Assembly (NCBI GenBank): GCA_045594005.1
Contig: JAZNXT010000057.1
Coordinates: 3,151 to 67,150, forward strand
DNA length: 64,000 nucleotides
Reading direction: 5' to 3'
DNA from: Victivallales bacterium
GTDB lineage: Bacteria; Verrucomicrobiota; Lentisphaeria; Victivallales; UBA1829
In this document: in pieces, positions 54,323 to 63,793 of the stretch
How the letters are laid out: each line of letters begins with the position of its first letter
Numbering within the stretch: position 1 is the stretch's first letter
The notes under the pieces: model-generated
Databases searched by the model: none
What the model was told of the DNA's origin: nothing
The model's input: the letters and a program-made list of their open reading frames with translations, nothing else
Translations under genes and position numbers: made by a program

Positions 54323-55552
54323 TTACTTCAGATTCAACACAACCCGCACAAACTCCTCCCCGTGCATAAATCCGAGAGAACCTTTGGGGGCATCCTTTTC
54401 TGAATATTTCTGAACGCTGTCACTTTTGATATGGGGACCGCAAACCGCCACGGGAACAGGTGTTCTGGTGTGGGCGCGGAGTTTGACCGGCACAGGGTGA
54501 TCGGGCAAGACGGCAAAAGTGCAGTTTCTGCCTTCCAATGCAGTCATCACCGGCTTGACGATCCGGTTTTCAAAGTCACGGATCGCCGCCATTTTACGGT
54601 CGAGTACGCCTTCGTGACTGGTTTCATCGATGGCTTCCAGGTGAACATATACGAAATCATATTTTTCGATGGCTTCGATGGCAGCGGCGGCTTTTCCTTC
54701 GTAGTTGGTATCGATGTAACCGGTGACACCATCCACGGCGATCACATCCATACCCGCACATTTTCCGATACCGCTGATCACATCCACTGCGGTGATCACA
54801 GCACCTTTTTTCGCTGCATATTTTTCGGTGAAGGGAGTGAAGGAAGGCGTTCTGCCGGGACTCCAGGGCCAGATGGCATTTCCTTTTGCCGCACCGGATG
54901 TGACAAGCGGATGTTTTTTCAGCACGGCACGCGCCCCGCTGTAAAGTTTATTCAGCATCGCCACGGTATTGGCGGCTTCGGCAGTCTGATCCAACGCGGT
55001 CCACGGCAGATCCGCCGCAGGCATATCCTGGGAGGAATCCGGCTTGTGATAATCCACATTTGCAGAAAATTCCCTGCCGTGCAGCACCAGAAGATTACGG
55101 TAGCTCACGCCGGAATAAAATGTAACTTTTTCCGAACCGAGTTCCGCCTGAAGCGCATCCATCAATTCTTTTGCATGAGCAGGGGAAATATGACCCGCGG
55201 AATAATCCCGCAGGATATCATTTTCATCCACATCCACCAGATTGCAGCGGAACGCCACATCGTCATCCGCCAGCACAATATTCTGACTGACGGCTTCAAT
55301 AGGACCGCGTCCCGGATAAAATTGTGCAAGACTGTATCCCAGCACGGACATGTTTGCGGCATCGGAGGAAGTGGGGAAACCATCCGGCAAAGTCAGAAAT
55401 GTTCCGGAAGCACCGTTCTTTGCGATGCTGTCCATATACGGTGTTTCCACGGCTTCCAGCGGTGACATTCCATTGAGTTCAGCCAACGGATCATCAGCCA
55501 TACCATCGGCAAGGAACACGATCGCCTTGCCCGTCAAATCCTGCTTGTTCAT
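54323..55552 (-). CDS. apgM: Cofactor-independent phosphoglycerate mutase, archaeal-type (ApgM family)
   Basis: 409 aa. IVFLADGMADDPLAELNGMSPLEAVETPYMDSIAKNG, with the metalloenzyme-superfamily layout. Confidence 0.85.
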   Translation of the reverse strand: MNKQDLTGKAIVFLADGMADDPLAELNGMSPLEAVETPYMDSIAKNGASGTFLTLPDGFPTSSDAANMSVLGYSLAQFYPGRGPIEAVSQNIVLADDDVAFRCNLVDVDENDILRDYSAGHISPAHAKELMDALQAELGSEKVTFYSGVSYRNLLVLHGREFSANVDYHKPDSSQDMPAADLPWTALDQTAEAANTVAMLNKLYSGARAVLKKHPLVTSGAAKGNAIWPWSPGRTPSFTPFTEKYAAKKGAVITAVDVISGIGKCAGMDVIAVDGVTGYIDTNYEGKAAAAIEAIEKYDFVYVHLEAIDETSHEGVLDRKMAAIRDFENRIVKPVMTALEGRNCTFAVLPDHPVPVKLRAHTRTPVPVAVCGPHIKSDSVQKYSEKDAPKGSLGFMHGEEFVRVVLNLK

Positions 55553-55723
55553 AAATATCTCATACCTTTCGGGAATTTATTTTTTTATCATCTGATTAAT
55601 ATACACCTGCTTTACGGAAAATTCAAAGTCTTTACACGGAAAACCGCAAAATTCGCTTGACTTTTTACATTCTTCTGCTATCTTAACTCCCGAAACAGGA
55701 ATAACAAACAGAACACCCGACTG

Positions 55724-56218
55724 ATGAAAAAAAGTTTTTACCTGATTTGTATGATCGCGGCTGCCGTATTCACCGGATGCACTGCCCTGCCGGATATCGC
55801 TCCCGGCAGAGATCTGATCCGTGAAAACAAAGCGGAATGTGTCCTGATGAAAAATGGAGTTGTGATCTATCAGGTACGCGGCAGAGGGATCAGCCCGCTG
55901 CTGGAGATTTACGATTTGCACAAAGACCTGATGGCGGATGCGGCTGTTGTTGACAAAGTGGTGGGCAAAGCGGCGGCGATGATCGCCATTTGCGGAAAAG
56001 CAAAACATGTTCACGGGGAACTGATGTGCGAAGACGCGGTAAAAATCCTGAAGAAACATCATATCACATCCAGTTACACACTTCTTGTGCCGCAGATCCT
56101 CAACCGCAAACAGGATGGACTCTGTCCGATGGAAATGACGGTACAGAAAATGGATGATCCTGCACAGGGTGTTTCCGCGCTCCGTCTGAAAGTGAAAGAA
56201 CTTCAACAGAAAAAATAA
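55724..56218 (+). CDS. Small lipoprotein, DUF1893-like
   Basis: Signal peptide plus lipobox MKKSFYLICMIAAAVFTGC. DKVVGKAAAMIAI...LCPME resembles DUF1893 proteins from memory. Confidence 0.5.
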   Translation: MKKSFYLICMIAAAVFTGCTALPDIAPGRDLIRENKAECVLMKNGVVIYQVRGRGISPLLEIYDLHKDLMADAAVVDKVVGKAAAMIAICGKAKHVHGELMCEDAVKILKKHHITSSYTLLVPQILNRKQDGLCPMEMTVQKMDDPAQGVSALRLKVKELQQKK

Positions 56219-56293
56219 TACCGATGAGTTTTGAAATCACCTCAAACATTCACAATAATTAATCATTCACAACAATGTAAGGAACAAACCAAA

Positions 56294-57436
56294 ATGGCAA
56301 CAAAGAAAACTGTAAAGAAGGCTGCGGCTCCTGCGAAGAAAGCAGCTCCGAAAAAAGCGGCAGCTCCGAAGAAACTGCGCGTGGCATTCATCGGCTGCGG
56401 CGGGATCTTCCAGACGCACATGAAGGCGTACGAACAGATTCCGGAAGTGGAGATCGTGGGTTTCTGCGACATCAAACCGGAACGTTTGGAATTCGTCCAG
56501 AAGCAGTATGGTGTAAAACCGGAAATCTGCTTTGAAAAGTGGGACGATATGTTCAAAGCCGTGAAGCCGGATGCCGTCGATGTGTGTACCCCCAACGGCG
56601 TTCACATGCCTGCGGCAGTTGCCGCCGCCAATGCGGGCTGTCATGTGATGGTGGAAAAACCCATGGCAATGACGCCGGAAGAATGTGAAAAAATGATCGC
56701 CGCCGCCAAGAAAAACAAAGTCAAACTGGCAGTGGGCTTCCAGCACCGTTACAATTCCAAGACGGATTATCTGATGAACGCCAAAGCACGCGGTCAGTTC
56801 GGTAATCTCATGTTTGTGAAATGTCAGGCTCTCCGCCGCCGCGGTATTCCCAACTGGGGCGTGTTCGGGATCAAAGAACTTCAGGGCGGCGGTCCCCTCA
56901 TCGATATCGGTGTGCATGTGATCGAAATGGCTCACTATTTCATGGGTTCCCCGAAACCGGTTGCCGCCACCGGCAACTGCTGGACCTATCTCGGCGATAA
57001 ACCCTGCAATGTGATGTGCGACTGGCCGAACTGGGATTACAAGACCTATACCGTGGAAGACCTTGCCATCGGTCATATCCGTTTCGATAACGGCATGATC
57101 ATGCAAATCGAATCCAGCTTTGCCGCTCACCTGGAAAAACCCCTCACCTGGACCTTCACGGCAATGGGTGACAAGGGCGGCTGCACCTGGGATCCCCTGA
57201 AGATCTTTGCCGACCAGGATGGTGCGATGGTCACGGTCACTCCGGAACACGTTACGCCGGATTGGGATTACGACTGGATCTATCTTTTCAAACGCAAACT
57301 CCAGAACTGGGTGGATGCCATCCTCAAAGGCACTGAACTGCGCGCTCCGGGCGAAGCAGGTCTGATGGTTCAGAAGATCCTTTGCGGTATCTACGCTTCT
57401 GCGGAACAGGGCGGTAAGGAAGTCGATATCGACTGA
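56294..57436 (+). CDS. Gfo/Idh/MocA-family oxidoreductase with a Lys/Ala/Pro-rich N-terminal tail
   Basis: Start moved to ATG 56294: MATKKTVKKAAAPAKKAAPKKAAAPKK, then the Rossmann start LRVAFIGCGGIF, and MVEKPMAMT. Confidence 0.8.
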   Translation: MATKKTVKKAAAPAKKAAPKKAAAPKKLRVAFIGCGGIFQTHMKAYEQIPEVEIVGFCDIKPERLEFVQKQYGVKPEICFEKWDDMFKAVKPDAVDVCTPNGVHMPAAVAAANAGCHVMVEKPMAMTPEECEKMIAAAKKNKVKLAVGFQHRYNSKTDYLMNAKARGQFGNLMFVKCQALRRRGIPNWGVFGIKELQGGGPLIDIGVHVIEMAHYFMGSPKPVAATGNCWTYLGDKPCNVMCDWPNWDYKTYTVEDLAIGHIRFDNGMIMQIESSFAAHLEKPLTWTFTAMGDKGGCTWDPLKIFADQDGAMVTVTPEHVTPDWDYDWIYLFKRKLQNWVDAILKGTELRAPGEAGLMVQKILCGIYASAEQGGKEVDID

Positions 57437-57463
57437 TCCTGACGCTGTTCTTGCGAAAAATCA

Positions 57464-57506
57464 GAAACGGAGCAGTTGCAAAAAATGCAGCGGCTCCGTT
57501 TTTTTG
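57464..57506 (+). terminator. Intrinsic terminator after the oxidoreductase gene
   Basis: GAAACGGAGC ... GCTCCGTTT stem, followed by a T-run to 57506. Confidence 0.65.
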
Positions 57507-57740
57507 TATCCGGAAAAATTAAAGAAAAACATTTTGTTTACCATCATAAAGAGAGCGTACTATCCACCGGATCTTTTTTATGGCAATCTGTCAACAGATT
57601 ATTTTTTTACTGAAGAGCGTTTTACAATCACCTTTTTTTATTTTCAGCAGTATATACTTATCGCCCAATGATAAGGAACAGAGCATTCTGTAAAAAATTT
57701 CTGTTTTTTTATTTCGGATTTGACAAAATAATTTTTGATG

Positions 57741-58643
57741 GATAACGTCCGTAAAATTGCGCACATTTTAAAAGATATGGCTTGAAAAAAGCCTGTTTAA
57801 CAGGCTTATGGGAAATGTAGCGCAAAAATCAGAAAAGTCAATCGCGGAGCAATTAAAATTAACGAAAAAGAGATCATAGACCATTTGAGTCTGCTTGTAC
57901 GGCAGTCGGTGGCTGATACGATCAACAGTTTTCTTGATGCAGAAGCAGATACAATTTGTCAAGCAGGCAGATATCAACGCAGTCCTGATCGGCTTGATAC
58001 GAGAAGAACAAAAGGGAGTTGATAAAGCAGACTTGCGATAAATGTTGATGAAATTGAAAAACCTGACTTGTATGAATAGATAATTTCAGATAAAGCGTCA
58101 GGTTTGGTTGAAGTGCTTGGAGATTTTTTTCCAGAAGCAAAATGGCAGCGTTGTGTCGTACATTGGTACAGAAATGCTTTCAGTAAGTGTCCGCGTAAAC
58201 ATGTAAGGGATGTTACTGCAATGTTAAAGGCAATTCACGCTCAGGAGGACAAAAAAGCGGCTCGGGAAAAAGCAAAATCTGTTATGGAAAAATTACTGGC
58301 GAAGAAGTTGGATGGGATTGCAAAATTTATAGAAGAAAGTCTTGAAGAAACATTATCTTATATGGATTTTCCGTCAGAACATTGGCGTAAAATCCGTATA
58401 AATAACGGGTTGGAGCGTATTATGAAAGAGATTCGACGACGAACAAGAGTTGTTGGCAGTTTTCCTGATGGATATTCTGCTATGATGTTAGTCGGTGCCA
58501 GATTACGGCATATTTCTACGACAAAATGGGGAACCCGTCAATATCTCGCTTGCAAAATGGAATCTTGGTGATACAGTAAAGAAAACGCACGTGGTTTTAA
58601 TAATCGGTCAAAATAAAATGTGCGCAAAATTCAGGATACTACC
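57741..58643 (+). mobile_element. IS256-family insertion sequence, internally deleted (non-autonomous), with an 8-bp target-site duplication
   Basis: IRL GATAACGTCCGTAAAATTGCGCACATTTTA (57741-57770) matches the reverse complement of 58614-58643 at 22 of 30 positions, with the inner 14 identical. The direct repeat TTTTGATG flanks the element at 57733-57740 and 58644-58651. The element is about 0.9 kb, against roughly 1.3 kb expected for the family. Confidence 0.85.
57808..58571 (+). pseudogene. IS256-family (Mutator-like) transposase remnant
   Basis: A frameshifted N-terminal fragment (…LLVRQSVADTINSFLDAEADTICQAGRYQRSPDRLDTRR…) and a C-terminal fragment (FPEAKWQRCVVHWYRNAF…WRKIRINNGLERIMKEIRRRTRVVGSFP). 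The central DDE core is missing. Confidence 0.85.
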
Positions 58644-58686
58644 TTTTGATGTTATTGTATCAGTATTTTAAAATAGAGGAGAAGAC

Positions 58687-60096
58687 ATGCAAAAAATAAT
58701 TTATTCTGTGTTGATTGGTTTTTGTCTGTTTCTGCACATTGCGGTTGAATCAGCTGAAGGTCCTCTGTATGTTCTGCCGTGTGAAAAACTTTCAGAAACA
58801 CCGGCACCGGGAATCGCATTGCAGAAAAACGGGCTTGTGCGTGCCGGATCCATTGCCCGTATTCCCTGTATGGAACTTATCCGCGGATCCCTGCGTTTCA
58901 AAATCCGCGATCCCCAAAAATTCACAGAGCGTTTTTCATTCCGTTTTCAGGTCCTTCCGGAAGAATTTGATGAAGCTGTTCCATTGGTCCGGATCTATAA
59001 AAAAGAATTGCTGAAAAGCAAAACAGAACCGGTCGCAGTTTCATTGATCATTCAGAATCAACAGTTGCATCTTACCGCAGGAAATCAGAAATGTGCGGCA
59101 GATCTGCCGCAAAAAGAAGGCTGGCTGCATATTGCAGTGGAATTTGCCGACAATGTATATACGCTCTATTGCGATAACAAAGCTCTGAAAAGCATGAAAA
59201 GCAACTCGCGGCATGGAAATTGGAACGCGGTGGAACTGGGGGCAAATCTGCGGCATATCTATGCGGAAGAATTATTGATCCGGAACTTTGTGTTGAATCC
59301 AGATCCCCCTGAAAAAGAAATGGAACTGACCGAGCTTTCCTCCGAATGGGATCCGGATGCAGATTTCCGGGAAAAAGAAATGTTTTCCACCATGTTTGAA
59401 GAACAGCAAAAAACTTATCAACGGCTTGGGATCCGGGTTGACTCCGCAACTTTCGCGCGCAACAGCATTGAGGGAGAAAAAATAGATAAGGCGATGTTGC
59501 ATGCGCGGACAGCAATCCTTTATACGGCATTAGATGCTCTGCCGCCGAAGTTCATAAAAAAAAGCGGAATTAAGGATATTTATATCGTTGACAACCTGAA
59601 ACATAACGGTTTTCATGCTGGCGGAGTCGCTGCGGGTGGTGACACCATGTATCTCTCCTCTCGTGCCAATGCAAAAACAATCTATCATGAACTCTATCAT
59701 CTCTTTGATGAAGACAAAGAAATAAAACGCTGGTCAAGTATAAATCCCAGAGGTTTCAAATATCGCGGCAGCAGTATCAAAGGCGACCGCCATTTGACAC
59801 GCCGTCAGCGTAAACAGATCCGGGCAAATAAGATAAATAAAACTTATGATATGGATTTTGTTTCCCAGTATGCCATGTCTTTTGAAAGAGAGGACCGCGC
59901 CGAAACTTTTGCTTTCATGTTGCAGGAAGGTCCCCGGTTCAAAAAAAGATTTGAGGGAAGCGATGTCATGCGTAAAAAGGCATTGTATATCATAAAAACA
60001 ACAGGAACCGGCAGACTGCTGGGCGCGGATTTCTGGGAAAAACATCTCAAGCTGGATGAAAAAGATTTGAAAAAATCCGGTAAAAAAAAGCAATAA
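58687..60096 (+). CDS. Secreted protein with a LamG/ConA-like N-terminal half and an HExxH metallopeptidase-like C-terminal half
   Basis: 469 aa. Signal peptide MQKIIYSVLIGFCLFLHIAVESA. IYHELYHLFDE, with a downstream EREDRAETFAF that could supply the third ligand (gluzincin-like). The gene is visibly AT-richer than its neighbours. Confidence 0.55.
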   Translation: MQKIIYSVLIGFCLFLHIAVESAEGPLYVLPCEKLSETPAPGIALQKNGLVRAGSIARIPCMELIRGSLRFKIRDPQKFTERFSFRFQVLPEEFDEAVPLVRIYKKELLKSKTEPVAVSLIIQNQQLHLTAGNQKCAADLPQKEGWLHIAVEFADNVYTLYCDNKALKSMKSNSRHGNWNAVELGANLRHIYAEELLIRNFVLNPDPPEKEMELTELSSEWDPDADFREKEMFSTMFEEQQKTYQRLGIRVDSATFARNSIEGEKIDKAMLHARTAILYTALDALPPKFIKKSGIKDIYIVDNLKHNGFHAGGVAAGGDTMYLSSRANAKTIYHELYHLFDEDKEIKRWSSINPRGFKYRGSSIKGDRHLTRRQRKQIRANKINKTYDMDFVSQYAMSFEREDRAETFAFMLQEGPRFKKRFEGSDVMRKKALYIIKTTGTGRLLGADFWEKHLKLDEKDLKKSGKKKQ

Positions 60097-60115
60097 GGAA
60101 CAAAGCGCAGTATTT

Positions 60116-60844
60116 TTATTTTTCTTCTGCGGCGGCAGTGAAAAATGCGTTCAGGATCGTCCGTTCAAAAAGGAGAGCATCGTTCAGATCGCCGCTTTCG
60201 TCCGCAGGGAAAGAAACGCGGATCTTGATGATCTTCCCCCCACGGAGAAACATCAGCAGATGGGACTGGATCGTTTCCTCTTTCACTGCGACTTCATACC
60301 ATTTGGCATAGACCTCTGCCGGATATTTTTCAGCAGAAGCGATCTCCCGTACAGAATCGATCACCGTTCCATTCTGCTGCATATTCAGGATGTTGCCGTG
60401 TACTTGAGCGCATGTTTGAGAAAAAGCATCCTTTTTCACCGGCGTTCCGGCGGGATCCAGACTGTAAATATAAATATCTGCGCAGGGGGAATCCGGCGTC
60501 TGATAAGAAACAGTCACCCCGTAAACAGGATTGAGATTTTCCCGGACGCGTGTTTTGACGAATACGCCCACCTGACCCGGAAAAGTCATGCCGGTGGATT
60601 TTTCAACATACACGGTTTCCCTTGCGAGATGCTGCACATTTTCATTTTCTGCGTCCGGGGATATTTGTTCATCCTCTGTACGCTTCTGATCCTGTGCGGC
60701 ATATTCCGGGACATCGCTGTTTTCTCCGGACACATCCCCACCGGAGGGAGCAACGATCACGCTGTATGCGAGGAATACGCTGCCCGCCGCTATCAGAAAA
60801 AGCAAGGCTCCAATGATATATGTCCAGATCCGTTTCACGCTCAA
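60116..60844 (-). CDS. Hypothetical N-terminally anchored membrane protein
   Basis: 242 aa. TTG start (GGAG 5 nt upstream) overlapping the argH stop. TM IWTYIIGALLFLIAAGSVFLAYSVIV. No family recognised. Confidence 0.5.
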   Translation of the reverse strand: MSVKRIWTYIIGALLFLIAAGSVFLAYSVIVAPSGGDVSGENSDVPEYAAQDQKRTEDEQISPDAENENVQHLARETVYVEKSTGMTFPGQVGVFVKTRVRENLNPVYGVTVSYQTPDSPCADIYIYSLDPAGTPVKKDAFSQTCAQVHGNILNMQQNGTVIDSVREIASAEKYPAEVYAKWYEVAVKEETIQSHLLMFLRGGKIIKIRVSFPADESGDLNDALLFERTILNAFFTAAAEEK

Positions 60845-62217
60845 TTCAACTCCAGATTATTTTTCCAGTATGCGATCTGCGAAGCCACCTGATCGAATCC
60901 GGTACCGCCGAACACATCCCGCGCCTCCACGGAGCGTTCCGGAGAGAAAAGTGCCAGCATACTTTCATCGGCTTCAGGGAACACACTTTTCATTTCATCC
61001 AGCGTCAGCTGATCCAGCGGTTTGTTCTGATCCTGTGCATATTTCACCAGCGCGCCCACTTTGTGATGTGCGTGGCGGAAGGGAACACCTTTACGGACAA
61101 GAGCTTCTGCCACATCGGTGGCGATCAACCCCGGATCGGAAGCGGCGGCAAGCATATTTTCTTCGTTGAGTTTCATGCCGTCGATCATTCCCGGATAGAC
61201 GGAAAGGACACCCAGCACGGTATCGATGGCATCGAACAGAGGTTCTTTATCTTCCTGCAAATCGCGGTTGTAAGTGAGCGGCAGTCCTTTGCAGAGGGTG
61301 AGCAATGCCACCAGATCGCCGTAAACGCGCCCGGTCTTCCCGCGTGAGATCTCTGCGATATCCGGATTTTTCTTTTGAGGCATGAGGCTGGATCCGGTGC
61401 AATAGGCATCGGAAAACACCATAAAGGAAAATTCCTGACTCATCCAGAGGATCAAATCCTCGGAGATCCGGGAAACGTGCATGGAGAAGATCGCCAGCGC
61501 GGAAAGCAGTTCGCAGGAGAAATCCCGGTCTGCCACCGCATCCATGCTGTTGCGGCTCATAGCGGGAAAATTCAGTTGTTTCCGCACAAATTCCCGGTCG
61601 ATGGGCAATGTGGTCCCGGCAATGGCACCGGACCCCAGTGTCAGGACATTGATGCGTTTTTTTGCATCCAGGAACCGGTCGATATCCCGCTGGAACATTT
61701 CCACATAGGCGAGGAGATGGTGTGCAAAAAGAACCGGCTGTGCGTGCTGCAAATGCGTGAATCCGGGCAGGATCGTGCGGGGATGTGCCGCAGACTGCTG
61801 CACAAGAGAAGTCTGAAGGCGTCTGATGCCGTCAACAATGATATCGATCTCATCCCGGAGATACAGGCGGATATCCAGATTGACCTGATCGTTGCGGCTG
61901 CGGGCGGTATGGACGCGTGCGCCTTCATCCCCCAGTGCTTCGATCAATGCGCTTTCGATGTGCATGTGGATATCTTCCAATTCGGCAGTAAAGGTGAAAT
62001 CGCCCTGTTCGATCCTGCCGAGGATCACATCCAGCTGTTTGCAGATCGCTTCTGCGGAACTTGCGGGAATGATCCCTGCCGCCCCCAGCATGGCTGCATG
62101 AGCTTTACTGCCCATGATATCGTGTTTATAAAGCCGTCTGTCGTATGAAATGGATTCTGTAAAATCCTGCACATTTTTTCCGGTATCTTCGGAAAATCTG
62201 CCGCCCCAAAGAGCCAT
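60841..62217 (-). CDS. argH: Argininosuccinate lyase
   Basis: 458 aa. MALWGGRFSE..., and the signature GSSLMPQKKNPD. Confidence 0.95.
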   Translation of the reverse strand: MALWGGRFSEDTGKNVQDFTESISYDRRLYKHDIMGSKAHAAMLGAAGIIPASSAEAICKQLDVILGRIEQGDFTFTAELEDIHMHIESALIEALGDEGARVHTARSRNDQVNLDIRLYLRDEIDIIVDGIRRLQTSLVQQSAAHPRTILPGFTHLQHAQPVLFAHHLLAYVEMFQRDIDRFLDAKKRINVLTLGSGAIAGTTLPIDREFVRKQLNFPAMSRNSMDAVADRDFSCELLSALAIFSMHVSRISEDLILWMSQEFSFMVFSDAYCTGSSLMPQKKNPDIAEISRGKTGRVYGDLVALLTLCKGLPLTYNRDLQEDKEPLFDAIDTVLGVLSVYPGMIDGMKLNEENMLAAASDPGLIATDVAEALVRKGVPFRHAHHKVGALVKYAQDQNKPLDQLTLDEMKSVFPEADESMLALFSPERSVEARDVFGGTGFDQVASQIAYWKNNLELN

Positions 62218-62414
62218 GATCCGTTCTCCTGTTGATGATTTCGTTAAGTGATTCTCACATTCTCCCTATAAATATAGCACAATTCCCGCCGGAAAAAAGT
62301 AAAAAAATGAAAATTTCACAATGTTTTTTACATTCCGGACTTGATTTGCCGGAAGAAAGAGGTATATTTTTAATATATTTACGAAAAAAGAATTCTTAAT
62401 TCAGGAGAAAAAAG

Positions 62415-62789
62415 ATGAAAACTTTGAAAATCGCGGCTCTCGCCATCGTACTCGTCTGCGGCGCAATGATGACCACTTCCTGCGGCACGCCCTTCCCGCT
62501 GGGCTGTCTCTACACCAATGTCTGGACTCCCGGTGCATTGGGTGACGGCACTATCCATCAGAGCCACAACCGTAAAGGCTATGCAAGCTGTTACAGCTTC
62601 CTCGGCTGGTTTGCCGGCGGCAGTGCCACCCACAATCTGGCAGCGAAACAGGGTCAGATCAACAAGATCGCCTGGACATCCTGGCACATCGAAAACTATC
62701 TGGGGATCTTCGGCAGATTCACCAACGTGGTCTATGGCATGGGCGATAAAGCAGACCCCACCGTCAAATATCACGCAGATTTTGATTGA
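62415..62789 (+). CDS. TRL-domain small lipoprotein
   Basis: 124 aa. Lipobox MMTTSC. GCLYTNV...KGYASCYSFLGWFAGGSAT is typical of the TRL-like family. Confidence 0.65.
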   Translation: MKTLKIAALAIVLVCGAMMTTSCGTPFPLGCLYTNVWTPGALGDGTIHQSHNRKGYASCYSFLGWFAGGSATHNLAAKQGQINKIAWTSWHIENYLGIFGRFTNVVYGMGDKADPTVKYHADFD

Positions 62790-62874
62790 TCGTTTCCGGT
62801 CATGACGATTACGGCGGATCGCTCCATTGCGGCGGATCCGCCTTTTTCTTATCCGGAAAAGGAAAAAATATACC

Positions 62875-63717
62875 ATGCTCCTGTATGAACTCCTGAAAAA
62901 TGCAACAGACCGTTTCACAGAGGCGGGGTTTGATTGCCCCGACATCGAGGCGGCATATATGCTGGAAGAAGTCACCGGGATCCGCCACAATCTGCTGCTG
63001 TTCAGCAGAGAAAGGATCCTTACGGCAGGGGAACTTGCCAAAGGGGAAGAATATCTTGCACGGCGGCTGGCACATGAGCCGTTTCAGTATATCTGCGGCT
63101 GGACGCAATTCCGGGAACTCAATCTGGCGGTATCGCCCGGATGCCTGATCCCTCGTCCGGAAACGGAATATCTGGTGGATCTTGTGCTGAAAAAATTACC
63201 GTCCGGCGGTCATGCGGTGGAATTGGGTACCGGCAGCGGAGCCATTGCTTTATCCATTGCATTGGAGCGGAAAGATTCTTTTGTTTCCGCTTCGGAACTT
63301 TCGCAGGAAGCACTGGCGGTGGCGCAGAAAAATCTTCAGCGCAGTCATCTTGCCAATGTTCAGTTGTTTCAGGGCGATCTTTTCAGCCCATTTGAAGAAA
63401 AAAAACAGTTCGATCTGCTGGCGGCAAATCTGCCGTATATCCCGTATTCCGCAGAAAAAGATCTGCCGCGCAATGTCCGTGACTACGAACCGGGTATGGC
63501 TCTTTTTGCCGATCACGACGGCATGGCACTCATCGAACGGGCATTACAGGATGCCCCCCGTTATCTGAAACAGGGTGCTTATCTCTTTTTTGAGGCGGGA
63601 GAAGAACAGGGCGATGCCCTCTGTACCTTTGCGGAAAACTGCGGTCATTACACAGAGATCGCGTATCTGCCCGATCAGTACGGCGCGCCGCGTTTTCTCA
63701 CCTGCCGTCTGAAATAA
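62875..63717 (+). CDS. prmC: Release-factor glutamine N5-methyltransferase PrmC/HemK
   Basis: Start moved to ATG 62875. SAM motif ELGTGSGAI and the substrate motif ANLPYI (NPPY-type). Confidence 0.88.
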   Translation: MLLYELLKNATDRFTEAGFDCPDIEAAYMLEEVTGIRHNLLLFSRERILTAGELAKGEEYLARRLAHEPFQYICGWTQFRELNLAVSPGCLIPRPETEYLVDLVLKKLPSGGHAVELGTGSGAIALSIALERKDSFVSASELSQEALAVAQKNLQRSHLANVQLFQGDLFSPFEEKKQFDLLAANLPYIPYSAEKDLPRNVRDYEPGMALFADHDGMALIERALQDAPRYLKQGAYLFFEAGEEQGDALCTFAENCGHYTEIAYLPDQYGAPRFLTCRLK

Positions 63718-63793
63718 AAAAATCCGGTCCGCACTTGCAAAAAGCCGTTTCACGGAGTATCTTATAATATACATCGAACGGAAAGGAAATACT

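Noticed and set aside
57500-57740. Possible extra gene or sRNA in the AT-rich stretch upstream of the IS.
   Set aside because: No ORF has a ribosome-binding site. The only features are a weak hairpin (AATCTG-TCAA-CAGATT plus a T-run) and the putative split promoter already reported.
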